From an uncultured delta proteobacterium (lineage in GTDB: Bacteria; Desulfobacterota; Binatia; JACPRU01), in NCBI GenBank assembly GCA_963745025.1, contig CAVUWD010000009.1:1-64000 (forward strand): DNA of 64,000 nt. The letters run 5' to 3'. The position numbers were made by a program, and so were the translations under genes. Positions 9,373 to 18,017 of the stretch are shown here, piece by piece. The first letter of the stretch is position 1. Each line of letters begins with the position of its first letter. The notes below the pieces were generated by a model. The model saw only the letters and a list, made by a program, of their open reading frames with translations. It was not told the origin of the DNA and did no database searches.

Positions 9373-11757
9373 TTAGCGGCAGACGCCGTCGGTGACGAGC
9401 GCGGCGATCTCGTCCGGGGAGAGGCCGAGGAGACGCTGCAGGACCGGCCGCGTGTCGGCGCCGAGCAGAGGCGCCGGCCGCGCCGGGGCGAGCGGCGCGC
9501 GGCTCGAGCGGATGGGGTTCGCCGCATGCCGCTCCGAGCCGATCTCGGGATGCTCGACGGCGACGATCGCACCGCGTGCCGCGAAGTGCGCGTCGGCACG
9601 ATGGTCGTCACCGTTCTGCACGGTCATCGCCGACACCCCCGCCGCCTGAAGCTCCGCGGCGGCCGCGTCCGCATCTCGCGTGCGCGTCCACTCCGAAAGC
9701 CGCTCGTCCAGGTCGGTGCGCCGAGTGAGCCGGCCGCCGAGCGTCGTCAAGGCGGGGTCGTGCGGCCAACCGCAAACGACTCGTAGGCGCTCGAAGGCCG
9801 CGTCGCTCGCCACCGCTACCGCGAGCCAGCGATCTTCCCCGGTGCAGGGATAGACCCCATGGGGCGCGGCATATTCTACGAAGTTGCCGCGCGGCTCCGG
9901 AGGCCGGCCGGTGGTCGGCCCTTGCAAATAGAATTCGCCCCCGAGGAACGCAGCCGCCTCCGCCTGCGACATCTCGATTCGCTGGCCTTCACCAGTGCGT
10001 CGACGGTCTTCCAGGGCTGCGAGCACCGCAACCGCCGCGAGCTTGCTGGCAATGTGGTCGGGATGGTTCAGCGAGATGCCGGCCGGGTAGGGGGCCGCCT
10101 CGTGGTTCCAGAGCCAGTTGATTCCCGCGAACGTCGAGTTGAGCGGGCCGAACGACGGGGCTTCACCGAGCGGGCCGCCGCGGCCGAACCCCTGCGAGCA
10201 GAGGTAGACGACGCGCGGATTCACCCGTGCAACGTCGTCGTAGTCGAGCCCCCAGGCCGCGGCCACGCCGCCCCGGTTGTTCTCGACCACGACGTCGGCC
10301 TGGGCGCAGAGCGCGAGCGCGATCTCGCGGCCGCGCGGCGTCGAGAGGTCGAGGCAGACGCTTTGCTGCCCGCGGCATTCGTCGTTGAAGGTCCACGAGT
10401 GGTTGGGGTCGTCATCGAACGAGACCTGGCGCAAGAAATCGAGGTTCGTTCGCGATTCGATCTTGATGACGTCCGCGCCGAGGTCGGCGAGCAGCCCGCA
10501 GGCCTCGGGCCCGACCGCCCCGCACGTGAGGCCGATGACCAGCACGCCCTCCAACGGGGGATGCGCGACGCTGCGGCGCGAGCGTGGCGTCGACGCCTCC
10601 TCGCGGGGCGATGCGAACCCCTCGCGCGGGTCCTCCAGGCGCGGCGCCGCGAAGCGAAGCGTGACCGGGGTGCGCGAGAAGTTGCATGGCAGGGAACCGA
10701 ACGGAGCATTCTCGAGATGCGGGAAGGAGGTCTTCTGGAAGAACCCGCGCGCGCGTGTCTGCGGGTGTGCGACGAACTCGTCGGGCGTGTAGACGGCCGT
10801 GATCGGAAAGCCGAGCCGCACCCCTTCGGCCACCGCTTCATCGCGGCTCCGCGACGAAAGCGCCTCGGAAGCGATGAGCCGGATCACGTCCTGATTGGCG
10901 ATCCGGTAGAGCGCGGAGTCCCACTCCGCTCCGCGGAGCGCTTCGGGATTGCCGAGCCATTCGACGAATCTCCTCCAGTGCCGCGGAGTCCCGGGGAGGG
11001 CCCGCAGATATCCGTCGCGGGCTTTGATCACCAGATAAGGCCCGTCTGCGTTTCGCTTCATCACCGCGGGAAGCATCGGGAACCGCCGCGCGTAGTCCGC
11101 GAGCGGGATCGACCACGGATTCAGACCGCCAAGCGCGGCCTCCTGCACCGAGATCTCGACGATTTGACCGGCCTTGCTCTCCGCGCGGTCGGCCAGCGCT
11201 GCGAGTGCGCCCGCGACGGCATAGATGGAGGCGCAGTCGTGCGCCAGATAGCCCGGCAGGGAGCACGGCGGCAGATCGGGGAAGCCGGCCGCATAGAGCG
11301 CACCGGACGCGGCGAGCGCACACAGCGGCTCTGCCGTCCACGCAGCGCGCGGCCCCGACAAGCCGAAATCGGCGATGGCAACGTGCACGAGCTCCGGATG
11401 GCGCACAGCGATCTCCCCAGGCCCGAGCCCGAGAGAGCCTCGCGCGTCCGCACCGAGGTTCTCGATCAGCAGATCCGCACCTGCGGAGAGTTGGTCGAGT
11501 CGCGCGCGACCCTCAGGTCCGCCGAGATCCACCTGCACGGAGCGTTTGTTGGCGTTGCGATAGAGGAAGGAAAGCGAGCGATCCGCGGCGACGACCCCTC
11601 CCGCAAAGGGCGGGCGTAGACGGCCGGGATCACCGCCGGGCGGCTCGACCTTCAGCACCTCGGCGCCGAGATCCGCGAGAATTCGACCGGCCAGAGCGCC
11701 GCGCAGATCCGTCAGATCGAGGACCCGCAAATGAGCAAGCGGGGCAGGCATCCGCAT
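9373..11757 (-). CDS. Family III (CaiB/BaiF) CoA-transferase with two tandem domains
   Basis: Two repeats of the CaiB N-terminal signature (RVLDLT..RILADLGAEVLKVEPP and LADLGADVIKIES), ADVVVEN and APLLGADT. Confidence 0.92.
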   Translation of the reverse strand: MRMPAPLAHLRVLDLTDLRGALAGRILADLGAEVLKVEPPGGDPGRLRPPFAGGVVAADRSLSFLYRNANKRSVQVDLGGPEGRARLDQLSAGADLLIENLGADARGSLGLGPGEIAVRHPELVHVAIADFGLSGPRAAWTAEPLCALAASGALYAAGFPDLPPCSLPGYLAHDCASIYAVAGALAALADRAESKAGQIVEISVQEAALGGLNPWSIPLADYARRFPMLPAVMKRNADGPYLVIKARDGYLRALPGTPRHWRRFVEWLGNPEALRGAEWDSALYRIANQDVIRLIASEALSSRSRDEAVAEGVRLGFPITAVYTPDEFVAHPQTRARGFFQKTSFPHLENAPFGSLPCNFSRTPVTLRFAAPRLEDPREGFASPREEASTPRSRRSVAHPPLEGVLVIGLTCGAVGPEACGLLADLGADVIKIESRTNLDFLRQVSFDDDPNHSWTFNDECRGQQSVCLDLSTPRGREIALALCAQADVVVENNRGGVAAAWGLDYDDVARVNPRVVYLCSQGFGRGGPLGEAPSFGPLNSTFAGINWLWNHEAAPYPAGISLNHPDHIASKLAAVAVLAALEDRRRTGEGQRIEMSQAEAAAFLGGEFYLQGPTTGRPPEPRGNFVEYAAPHGVYPCTGEDRWLAVAVASDAAFERLRVVCGWPHDPALTTLGGRLTRRTDLDERLSEWTRTRDADAAAAELQAAGVSAMTVQNGDDHRADAHFAARGAIVAVEHPEIGSERHAANPIRSSRAPLAPARPAPLLGADTRPVLQRLLGLSPDEIAALVTDGVCR

Positions 11758-11849
11758 CTCCTACCGCCGCGCCGGCCGACCGACAAGGCAAATTTTGCTA
11801 GTTGCGGGATGCCTCTGTTTCGCTACGAGCGATTCGGCCACCGGATGGC

Positions 11850-12013
11850 GCGCTCGGTTTCGAGCGGCCCGTACTCGGGTCGGTCGAAACCGAGCGCCAC
11901 CGCGCGTAAGCGCGGAAAGCAATAGACCAGCGCCGAGAGTTATTGCCTTGCGCGCTCCGCGCGCTGCTGGTGTTTCCGGCCGGGCCGAGTACGTCCCGAC
12001 CGCAAACACCAGC
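11850..12013. repeat. Pair of long hairpins with mutually complementary loop motifs (REP-like or structured RNA)
   Basis: Stems GCGCTCGGTTTCGA 11850-63/11884-97 and GCTGGTGTTT 11966-75/12004-13; CGTACTCGG (11870) is complementary to CCGAGTACG (11985). Confidence 0.55.
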
Positions 12014-12019
12014 GCTCCT

Positions 12020-12192
12020 CTAGCCTAACTTCGACAGTTCGATGGATCGAATCGAGGCCTTTCAAGCACTTAGGGTCGAAAGTCGGCACTACAAAGCGAT
12101 TTCGCGGTCGCCCGGTAAGAAAGCGCAGCGAGTTCGCGCTGCCGGCCGTCGGTGAAAATTCTTCAACGACTCAACTGTCGAAGTTAGGCTAG
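12020..12192. mobile_element. MITE-like non-autonomous element
   Basis: Perfect 20-bp inverted repeat CTAGCCTAACTTCGACAGTT (12020-39) / AACTGTCGAAGTTAGGCTAG (12173-92). The outer CTAG fits a 4-bp target duplication; the interior is non-coding. Confidence 0.7.
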
Positions 12193-12295
12193 GGTCCCGG
12201 CAGTCGTCTCGAGACGGAGGCATTGCGCCATTGTCCTCCTCGCCGAGTTGATCGCCCGCCGCCGGGGAGAGCAAGATCCCGCCGAGGAGAGCGCC

Positions 12296-13453
12296 ATGAC
12301 ACGGACCTACCACCATCTCGACACCCAGCTCATCCATGCCGGCGAACCCGAGCCCCGCATCGAGGGAGCGGTCGGCATGCCGATCTTCCAGTCCTCGACG
12401 TACGAGTACGCGGGCCAATCGAGCTATCACGATCTCAAGTACATCCGGCTCAGCAACACGCCGAACCACCGCGTGCTGCACGCGAAGCTGAAGGCGATCG
12501 AGGGCGCGGAGGCCGCCCTGGTGACGGCGAGCGGCATGGCGGCGGTGTCGACGACGCTGCTCACGGTGCTCCGCGCCGGCGACCACCTGCTCGCCCAGGA
12601 TTGCCTTTACGGCGGCACGTACGACTTCATCACGCGCGACTTCCCCGCGCTCGGCTTGCGGGTCGATTTCATCGACGCCGATCGGCCGCAGTCCTGGGAG
12701 GCGAGGCTCCGGCCCGAGACTCGGGCGATCTACGTCGAGACCATGACGAACCCGTTGCTCCAGGTCGGTGATCTCGAGGCGGTCGTCGCTTTTGCGCGCC
12801 GGCATCGGTTGGTCTCGATCGTCGACAACACGTTCGCGAGCCCGGTGAACTTCCGTCCGCCCGAACGCGGCTTCGATCTCTCGATCCACAGTTGTACGAA
12901 GTACTTGAACGGCCACGACGACATCGTCGCGGGCGCGGTGATCGGCCGCGCCGCGCTCGTCGAGGCGATCACGCGGAAGCTCGGCCATCTCGGCGGGTCG
13001 CTCGACCCGCACGCGGCCTTCCTGTTGCACCGCGGAATGAAGACGCTCGCGCTGCGGGTCCGTCAACAGAATCGGGGCGCGCTCGAGATCGCCCGCTTCC
13101 TCGAACGCCACCCGGCGATTGCGCGGGTCAACCATCCGGGGCTCGAAAGCCACCCGCGGCACGCGCGAGCACGCGACCTCTTCGACGGTTTCGGCGGCAT
13201 GCTGAGCTTCGAGCTCGCGGGCGGGCTGGAGGCCGCCGAGCGCCTGCTCGCTCGGCTCGAGCTGCCGATCTCGGCGCCGAGCCTCGGCGGCGTCGAAACG
13301 CTGATCACCCGTCCGGCGACGACGTCGCATTCCGGTCTCTCCCCCGAGGACCGGGCGAGGCTCGGCATCGGCGACGGTCTCGTCCGCCTCTCCGTTGGAA
13401 TCGAGGCGACCGAGGACCTGATCGCGGATTTCGAACAGGCACTCGCGTGGTAG
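12296..13453 (+). CDS. PLP-dependent trans-sulfuration enzyme (cystathionine gamma-synthase/beta-lyase, methionine gamma-lyase family)
   Basis: PIFQSSTY, YIRLSNTP, ASGMAA, VDNTFASP, HSCTKYLNGHDD, SLGGVETL, RLSVGIE; GAGGAG RBS upstream. Confidence 0.93.
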   Translation: MTRTYHHLDTQLIHAGEPEPRIEGAVGMPIFQSSTYEYAGQSSYHDLKYIRLSNTPNHRVLHAKLKAIEGAEAALVTASGMAAVSTTLLTVLRAGDHLLAQDCLYGGTYDFITRDFPALGLRVDFIDADRPQSWEARLRPETRAIYVETMTNPLLQVGDLEAVVAFARRHRLVSIVDNTFASPVNFRPPERGFDLSIHSCTKYLNGHDDIVAGAVIGRAALVEAITRKLGHLGGSLDPHAAFLLHRGMKTLALRVRQQNRGALEIARFLERHPAIARVNHPGLESHPRHARARDLFDGFGGMLSFELAGGLEAAERLLARLELPISAPSLGGVETLITRPATTSHSGLSPEDRARLGIGDGLVRLSVGIEATEDLIADFEQALAW

Positions 13454-13521
13454 GCCGTTCGACCGGAGACGGGTCGCAACCAAGGAGAGCGACTCGCAAC
13501 GCGCGGTCTTCGGCAACTGAC

Positions 13522-14529
13522 ATGCCCGCTGCAGGTACCCTGACGGTCGAGATCTTCCGCGGCGAGCATGTCGAGAGTCGGCACGAGATCGACTTCGCGT
13601 TTTGCGGACCGGGAGCGATGCGGTCACCGGGCGGCGCCGGGGAGCCCGTCTTTCTGCGCTCGGCGGCCAAGCCGTTCCAGGCGGCGGCGGTCGTGCGGAG
13701 TGGCGCTCTCGATCGGCTCGGAGCGGACGACGAGGCGCTGGCGATCGTCGCCGCGAGTCACAGTGGCGAGCCGCGGCATACGGCTCTCGTCGAGCGCCTG
13801 CTCGCCCGGCTCGGGCTTGCGGCGACCGCGCTTCAGTGCGGAATCCACCCGCCGTTCCACGCCGAGACCGCGGCCCGGCTCGGTGCGGCCATTTCGGTCC
13901 TTCACCACAACTGCAGCGGGAAGCATGCGGGGATGCTCGCGGTCGCCGCCGCGCTCGGCGTTCCCGCCGGTGCCTATCTGGACCCCGCGGGAGCGGTGCA
14001 GGAGCTCATGCGCCGGACGGTCGCCGAGGCTTGCGGACTTCGGCCGCAAGACGTCGTGACGGCGGTCGACGGGTGTGGTGCGGCGACGTTTGCGGTGCCG
14101 CTCGGTAGCGCGGCGCGCGCGTTCGCCTGTCTCGCTCGCCCCGACGAGGCACCGCAGGAGCTCCGTAAGCCTTTCGAGCGGGTGGCGCAGGCGATGCGCC
14201 GCCATCCCGACTTGATCGGCGGCTCGGGGCGATTCGATACCCGGCTGATGGAGGCCGCGGGCGGGCGCCTCCTCGCCAAGGGCGGAGCCGAGGGCGTAGA
14301 GGGCGTCGCCGACTTCCAAACCGGTCTCGGCCTCTGCCTCAAGGTGCGCGACGGAGCCGCGCGCGCGGTGGCCCCCGCCACGCTGGAGGTCCTTCGCCAA
14401 GCGCGATGGCTCGACGACCGAGCGCTTCACGCGCTCGAAGATCTCTGGCGCCCCGCCTTGACGAATCATTCCGGAACACGTGTGGGGCGCATCGAGACCA
14501 CGCTCGCTCCGGAGGACCGAGGGGGTTAA
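13522..14529 (+). CDS. L-asparaginase, Rhizobium-type (class 3 / asparaginase II family)
   Basis: RGEHVESRH, RSAAKPFQ, ASHSGE, HNCSGKHAGML, DGCG, AKGGAEG, KVRDG. Confidence 0.88.
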   Translation: MPAAGTLTVEIFRGEHVESRHEIDFAFCGPGAMRSPGGAGEPVFLRSAAKPFQAAAVVRSGALDRLGADDEALAIVAASHSGEPRHTALVERLLARLGLAATALQCGIHPPFHAETAARLGAAISVLHHNCSGKHAGMLAVAAALGVPAGAYLDPAGAVQELMRRTVAEACGLRPQDVVTAVDGCGAATFAVPLGSAARAFACLARPDEAPQELRKPFERVAQAMRRHPDLIGGSGRFDTRLMEAAGGRLLAKGGAEGVEGVADFQTGLGLCLKVRDGAARAVAPATLEVLRQARWLDDRALHALEDLWRPALTNHSGTRVGRIETTLAPEDRGG

Positions 14530-14557
14530 CCCGATCCGAAATTCCTTCCGTGACCCG

Positions 14558-14689
14558 AACGCGGCGGGCTCGCGCCTGGCTTGTCCGCCACGAGCTTCTC
14601 TCTCGAAGCCTTCCATGCCCCAAAAGACGGCATCGCGGTAGACCTGGCGCTCGTGACGCGGCCTGCGCCAGGCGCGAGCCCGCCGCGTT
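14558..14689. repeat. Long inverted repeat between convergent genes (REP/MITE-like or bidirectional terminator)
   Basis: Perfect 23-bp arms AACGCGGCGGGCTCGCGCCTGGC (14558-80) / 14667-89, with an inner CACGAGC/GCTCGTG pairing. Confidence 0.7.
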
Positions 14690-14718
14690 TCGCCTCGCCG
14701 GATAATTTCGCTTCGGGG

Positions 14719-15708
14719 TCAAACGATCTCGCCGCCGCAGCTCGAGCCGGAGCCTGCCGTGCAGCCGAAGCAGTGGCTCGCCGTCGCAATCGGAGCGCCG
14801 GCCAGACGATCGACGCTCGAGAGCTCGAAGATCGTGCGCGGATGGCGGGGCGGCAGGGGAATTTCCAGCATCTGATTGAAGTCGCAGTCGTAGAGCGCGC
14901 CGGACCAGCCGACGCTCACGAGCGAGCGGCACATCACGCCCGCTGCCGTCGCCGGATTGAAGTGGTTGACGAGCAGAGACATGTACGCCTGATGTCTTCC
15001 GGAGCGCACGAGATCGGCGGCGAAGCGCTGGATCGGCATGTTGGTGATCGTAAACAGATGATCGAACTCGATGCCGAAGGCCAGGGCCAGCTCTCGCTTG
15101 TAGTCGTTCTCGAGCTTCGCCTGCGACGGCGGCAAGAAGGCACCGACGGGATTGTAAACCAGGTTCAGCGTGAGCCCCGACCCGCGCTTCCCATAGCCCA
15201 GGCGATTCAGCGTCTGCAGAGCGTCGATGCTCTTGTCGAAGACTCCTTTGCCCCGCTGCTGGTCGACATTCTTTGCCGTGTAGCACGGTAGCGAGCAGGT
15301 GAGCTCGACCTCGTTCTCGGCAAAGAATCGCGGAAGGCCTTCCATACCCGATTCCGAGAGCACGGTGAGATTGCACCGGTCGATCACCCTCCGACCCAAG
15401 CGGCGCACGCTCTCGACGAGGAAGCGAAAGCTCGGGTTCAGCTCGGGCGCGCCGCCCGTAATGTCGACCGTCTCGACGGCCGGGCTCGCGCCGAGCAGCT
15501 CGATCACCCGCTCGACGGTGGTGCGCGCCATGATCTCGGTCCGCTTCGGACCCGCGTCGACGTGGCAGTGGTGGCACGCCTGGTTACAGAGCTTGCCGAC
15601 GTTCACCTGGAGGGTCCTCACGGTGGCCCGGCGGAGCGGGGCGAGGCCGTGGCGAGCGAGCGTTGCTTCGAAGCAGACCGAGGAATCGGCCGTCGGGCTG
15701 GCGAGCAT
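14719..15708 (-). CDS. arsS: Radical SAM protein, ArsS (arsenosugar biosynthesis)/DUF3641 family
   Basis: LQVNVGKLCNQACHHCHVDAGP, DITGGAPELNP, DRCNLT, MCRSLVSVGW, YDCDFNQML, HCFGCTAGSGSSCGG. Confidence 0.88.
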   Translation of the reverse strand: MLASPTADSSVCFEATLARHGLAPLRRATVRTLQVNVGKLCNQACHHCHVDAGPKRTEIMARTTVERVIELLGASPAVETVDITGGAPELNPSFRFLVESVRRLGRRVIDRCNLTVLSESGMEGLPRFFAENEVELTCSLPCYTAKNVDQQRGKGVFDKSIDALQTLNRLGYGKRGSGLTLNLVYNPVGAFLPPSQAKLENDYKRELALAFGIEFDHLFTITNMPIQRFAADLVRSGRHQAYMSLLVNHFNPATAAGVMCRSLVSVGWSGALYDCDFNQMLEIPLPPRHPRTIFELSSVDRLAGAPIATASHCFGCTAGSGSSCGGEIV

Positions 15709-15789
15709 GATGCGATCCTAGAGCAAGCTCGATTCCCCGGATAGTTCCCGGGTTTGCCCTCTCCGGCGGCGACACGTCATAATCGCCGC

Positions 15790-16284
15790 GTGGTGAAGCC
15801 ACTCGCTGCTTTGCTGATCACGCTGGCGCTCGCCGGCGCCGGCCGAGTCTACCCAGAAGACATGTACCGGTGGACCGACGAGCAGGGCCACCTACACTAC
15901 TCGAATCGCGGCGCCACCTCGTCTCCCGAATCCTCGGCCGCCGCGGAGCGCGCGGACCAGGGTTGGGAGAGCGTTCTCGAGAAGCAACGCGGCGGCGAGG
16001 ACCTCCAGGAGAAGGCGGAAGCCGCGATCAACAACCTCGAGCTCCAAGTGATCCGGAAGAAGCGCGATCGCGATCACGCGCAGGAAGTGCTCGAGGCGAC
16101 GCAGGCGAACGTCGTCCGGGCGGAGGCGTTGCGCGCGACAGAGCTGCCGACGCTGAAGGCGCGCGAGGCCACGCAGATCACCGACCTCCGCAAGCTCGAC
16201 GCCGAGATCAGTGCCACGCAGGTGGCGATCGCCAAGCTCCGCGCCTTGAAGGCCGCCGAGAAAGAACAGCGATCCGGTCGGTGA
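15790..16284 (+). CDS. Exported DUF4124-domain protein with C-terminal coiled coil
   Basis: Signal-peptide-like N-terminus, MYRWTDEQGHLHYSN motif and an amphipathic helical tail. Confidence 0.75.
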   Translation: MVKPLAALLITLALAGAGRVYPEDMYRWTDEQGHLHYSNRGATSSPESSAAAERADQGWESVLEKQRGGEDLQEKAEAAINNLELQVIRKKRDRDHAQEVLEATQANVVRAEALRATELPTLKAREATQITDLRKLDAEISATQVAIAKLRALKAAEKEQRSGR

Positions 16285-17771
16285 AGCGGCCGGCTGTCTC
16301 CGCGGCCGCGCTGGCTGCGCTGAGCAAGCCCTGGTTCGCGGGCGCGTCCCTGGCGGCGCTGTTCGCGGTCCTCGCCGCGCGCGCCGTGATCCAGCCCGTG
16401 GACGATCCAGACGTGTGGTGGATCGGCGCGGCCGGCCGAGACGTGCTCGCCACGCTCGATGTGCCGAGACGCAACCTCTACTCCTTCACCTCTCCCGCGC
16501 ATCCATGGGTGATGCACGAGCTCGCATTCGGCGTGCTCGATGCGCTCGGCCTCGCCGCACTAGGGCCGGCATTCCTGCCGCTGGTTTCCTCACTCTGCGG
16601 CGCCGCGGTGGTTTTCGTCGCCGCGGGTGCCATGGTGGCGCGAGCTCGTCATCCGGCGAGCGCCGTCCTCGCTCTGGTTCTGCTCCTCGCCGGCTCGCGA
16701 GAGGCTCCATTCGCGCCGCGCCCGTCACACGTATCGCTCATCCTGCCGGTTGCGATGGCGGCGCTCGCATTCTCTCCCGGCTGGAGCCGCCTGCGGGCGA
16801 TGGCGGCGATCCTGCTCGAATGGCTTTGGGCCAACGCGCACGGGAGCTTTCCGCTCGGCGTCGCGATTCTCGCCGCCGCGGCCTTCGAGCCAGTGGACAC
16901 GATCCGCTCTCGCCGGCAGCGGCTCGGCTGCGCCGCGCTCGCGGCGCTCGTCACGCTGATCAATCCGTATGGCAGCCGTCTCCACGGTCTGGTCGAACGC
17001 TACCTGGGGGGCGGCGACGCGACGACCGCCGTCATCCACCGACACATCGTCGAGTTTTTCCCCATCTGGCGAAGCGCCGCGCCCTTCGTGAATCCCTTCA
17101 ACGTCGCCGCCCTCGCAGTCGTCGCGTCTCTCGTTGCCAGCGCGTTCGTTCGGCAGCGAAACCTCGCGCGCGCCGCTCTGTCGGCCGCTCTCCTCGGGCT
17201 CGCCACTTACCAGGCGCGGCACACGACGCTCGCCGTGGTCGTCGGTGCGGTTCTGATGCATGCCGAGGTCGACGACTTGTGCGCCGAAGCGGGGGCCCCG
17301 TCGGGCCCGCCTTGGCCGCGGCTCTGGGCCGCGCTCGCCTTGGCGCCGGGAGTCGCACTGGCAATCGGGCTGTGGTGGATTGCCGATCGTCATCGCCACT
17401 GGGCGGAGTGGATCGCGCCGGAGATCGGCGATGCCGGTTTCGCGCGTCTGGCTGAGGAGCTGCCCGACGGCGCGAACGTCTATGCGCCGTTCCAGTCCTC
17501 GGGCTTGCTTCTCTGGCTCGCCGCGCCACGCGGTGTCCGCGTGTTCTTCGACTCCCGAAACGATTGCTACGGCGCCGATGTGGCCGAGGCGGCGTTCGCA
17601 CTCGAGCGCGAGGAGGCGCCGAGTGCGGTGAGCGCCATTCTCGACCGCTACTCGACGGCGTTCGTGCTCGTTCCGACGTCTCACCCCGTGTACCGGGCCC
17701 TCGCCGGGGCCGCCGGGTGGTCGATTTGGCGAAGCGCTGGACAGTGGACCGGGTTCGAGAGGAGGCGATAG
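16281..17771 (+). CDS. Conserved polytopic membrane protein, putative GT-C-type glycosyltransferase
   Basis: DPDVWW..AGR, YSFT..HPWVMHE, WANAHGSF, LINPYG, IVEF, VFFDSRNDCY; many TM segments; GTGA-coupled to the upstream gene. Confidence 0.7.
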   Translation: MKRPAVSAAALAALSKPWFAGASLAALFAVLAARAVIQPVDDPDVWWIGAAGRDVLATLDVPRRNLYSFTSPAHPWVMHELAFGVLDALGLAALGPAFLPLVSSLCGAAVVFVAAGAMVARARHPASAVLALVLLLAGSREAPFAPRPSHVSLILPVAMAALAFSPGWSRLRAMAAILLEWLWANAHGSFPLGVAILAAAAFEPVDTIRSRRQRLGCAALAALVTLINPYGSRLHGLVERYLGGGDATTAVIHRHIVEFFPIWRSAAPFVNPFNVAALAVVASLVASAFVRQRNLARAALSAALLGLATYQARHTTLAVVVGAVLMHAEVDDLCAEAGAPSGPPWPRLWAALALAPGVALAIGLWWIADRHRHWAEWIAPEIGDAGFARLAEELPDGANVYAPFQSSGLLLWLAAPRGVRVFFDSRNDCYGADVAEAAFALEREEAPSAVSAILDRYSTAFVLVPTSHPVYRALAGAAGWSIWRSAGQWTGFERRR

Positions 17772-18017
17772 CGGCGAGCCGTTCGCCGATTCGACCGATT
17801 GATGCAAGCGGTGAAGCCTCGGCCGGTTGCTTTCCACCGTCTGCTCGTCGCCCACAGCGATGCGGCGGACGAAAACGCCGGGGAGAAGTGTCGGCGGGCG
17901 TTCCGCCGCTGCCTCCAAGCGCGCCGACTGCTCGGCGGCGGTCGCCCGGCCCCTGTTGTCGGCATTCCCGAGGAGTGCAACAGAGGGCGATCCCTCCGAG
18001 AAAGGAACGGCGAACGA

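Noticed and set aside
13513-13528. Minus-strand GG-N10-GC sigma-54-like motif
   Set aside because: It overlaps the asparaginase start codon and points antisense into the upstream lyase; likely chance.
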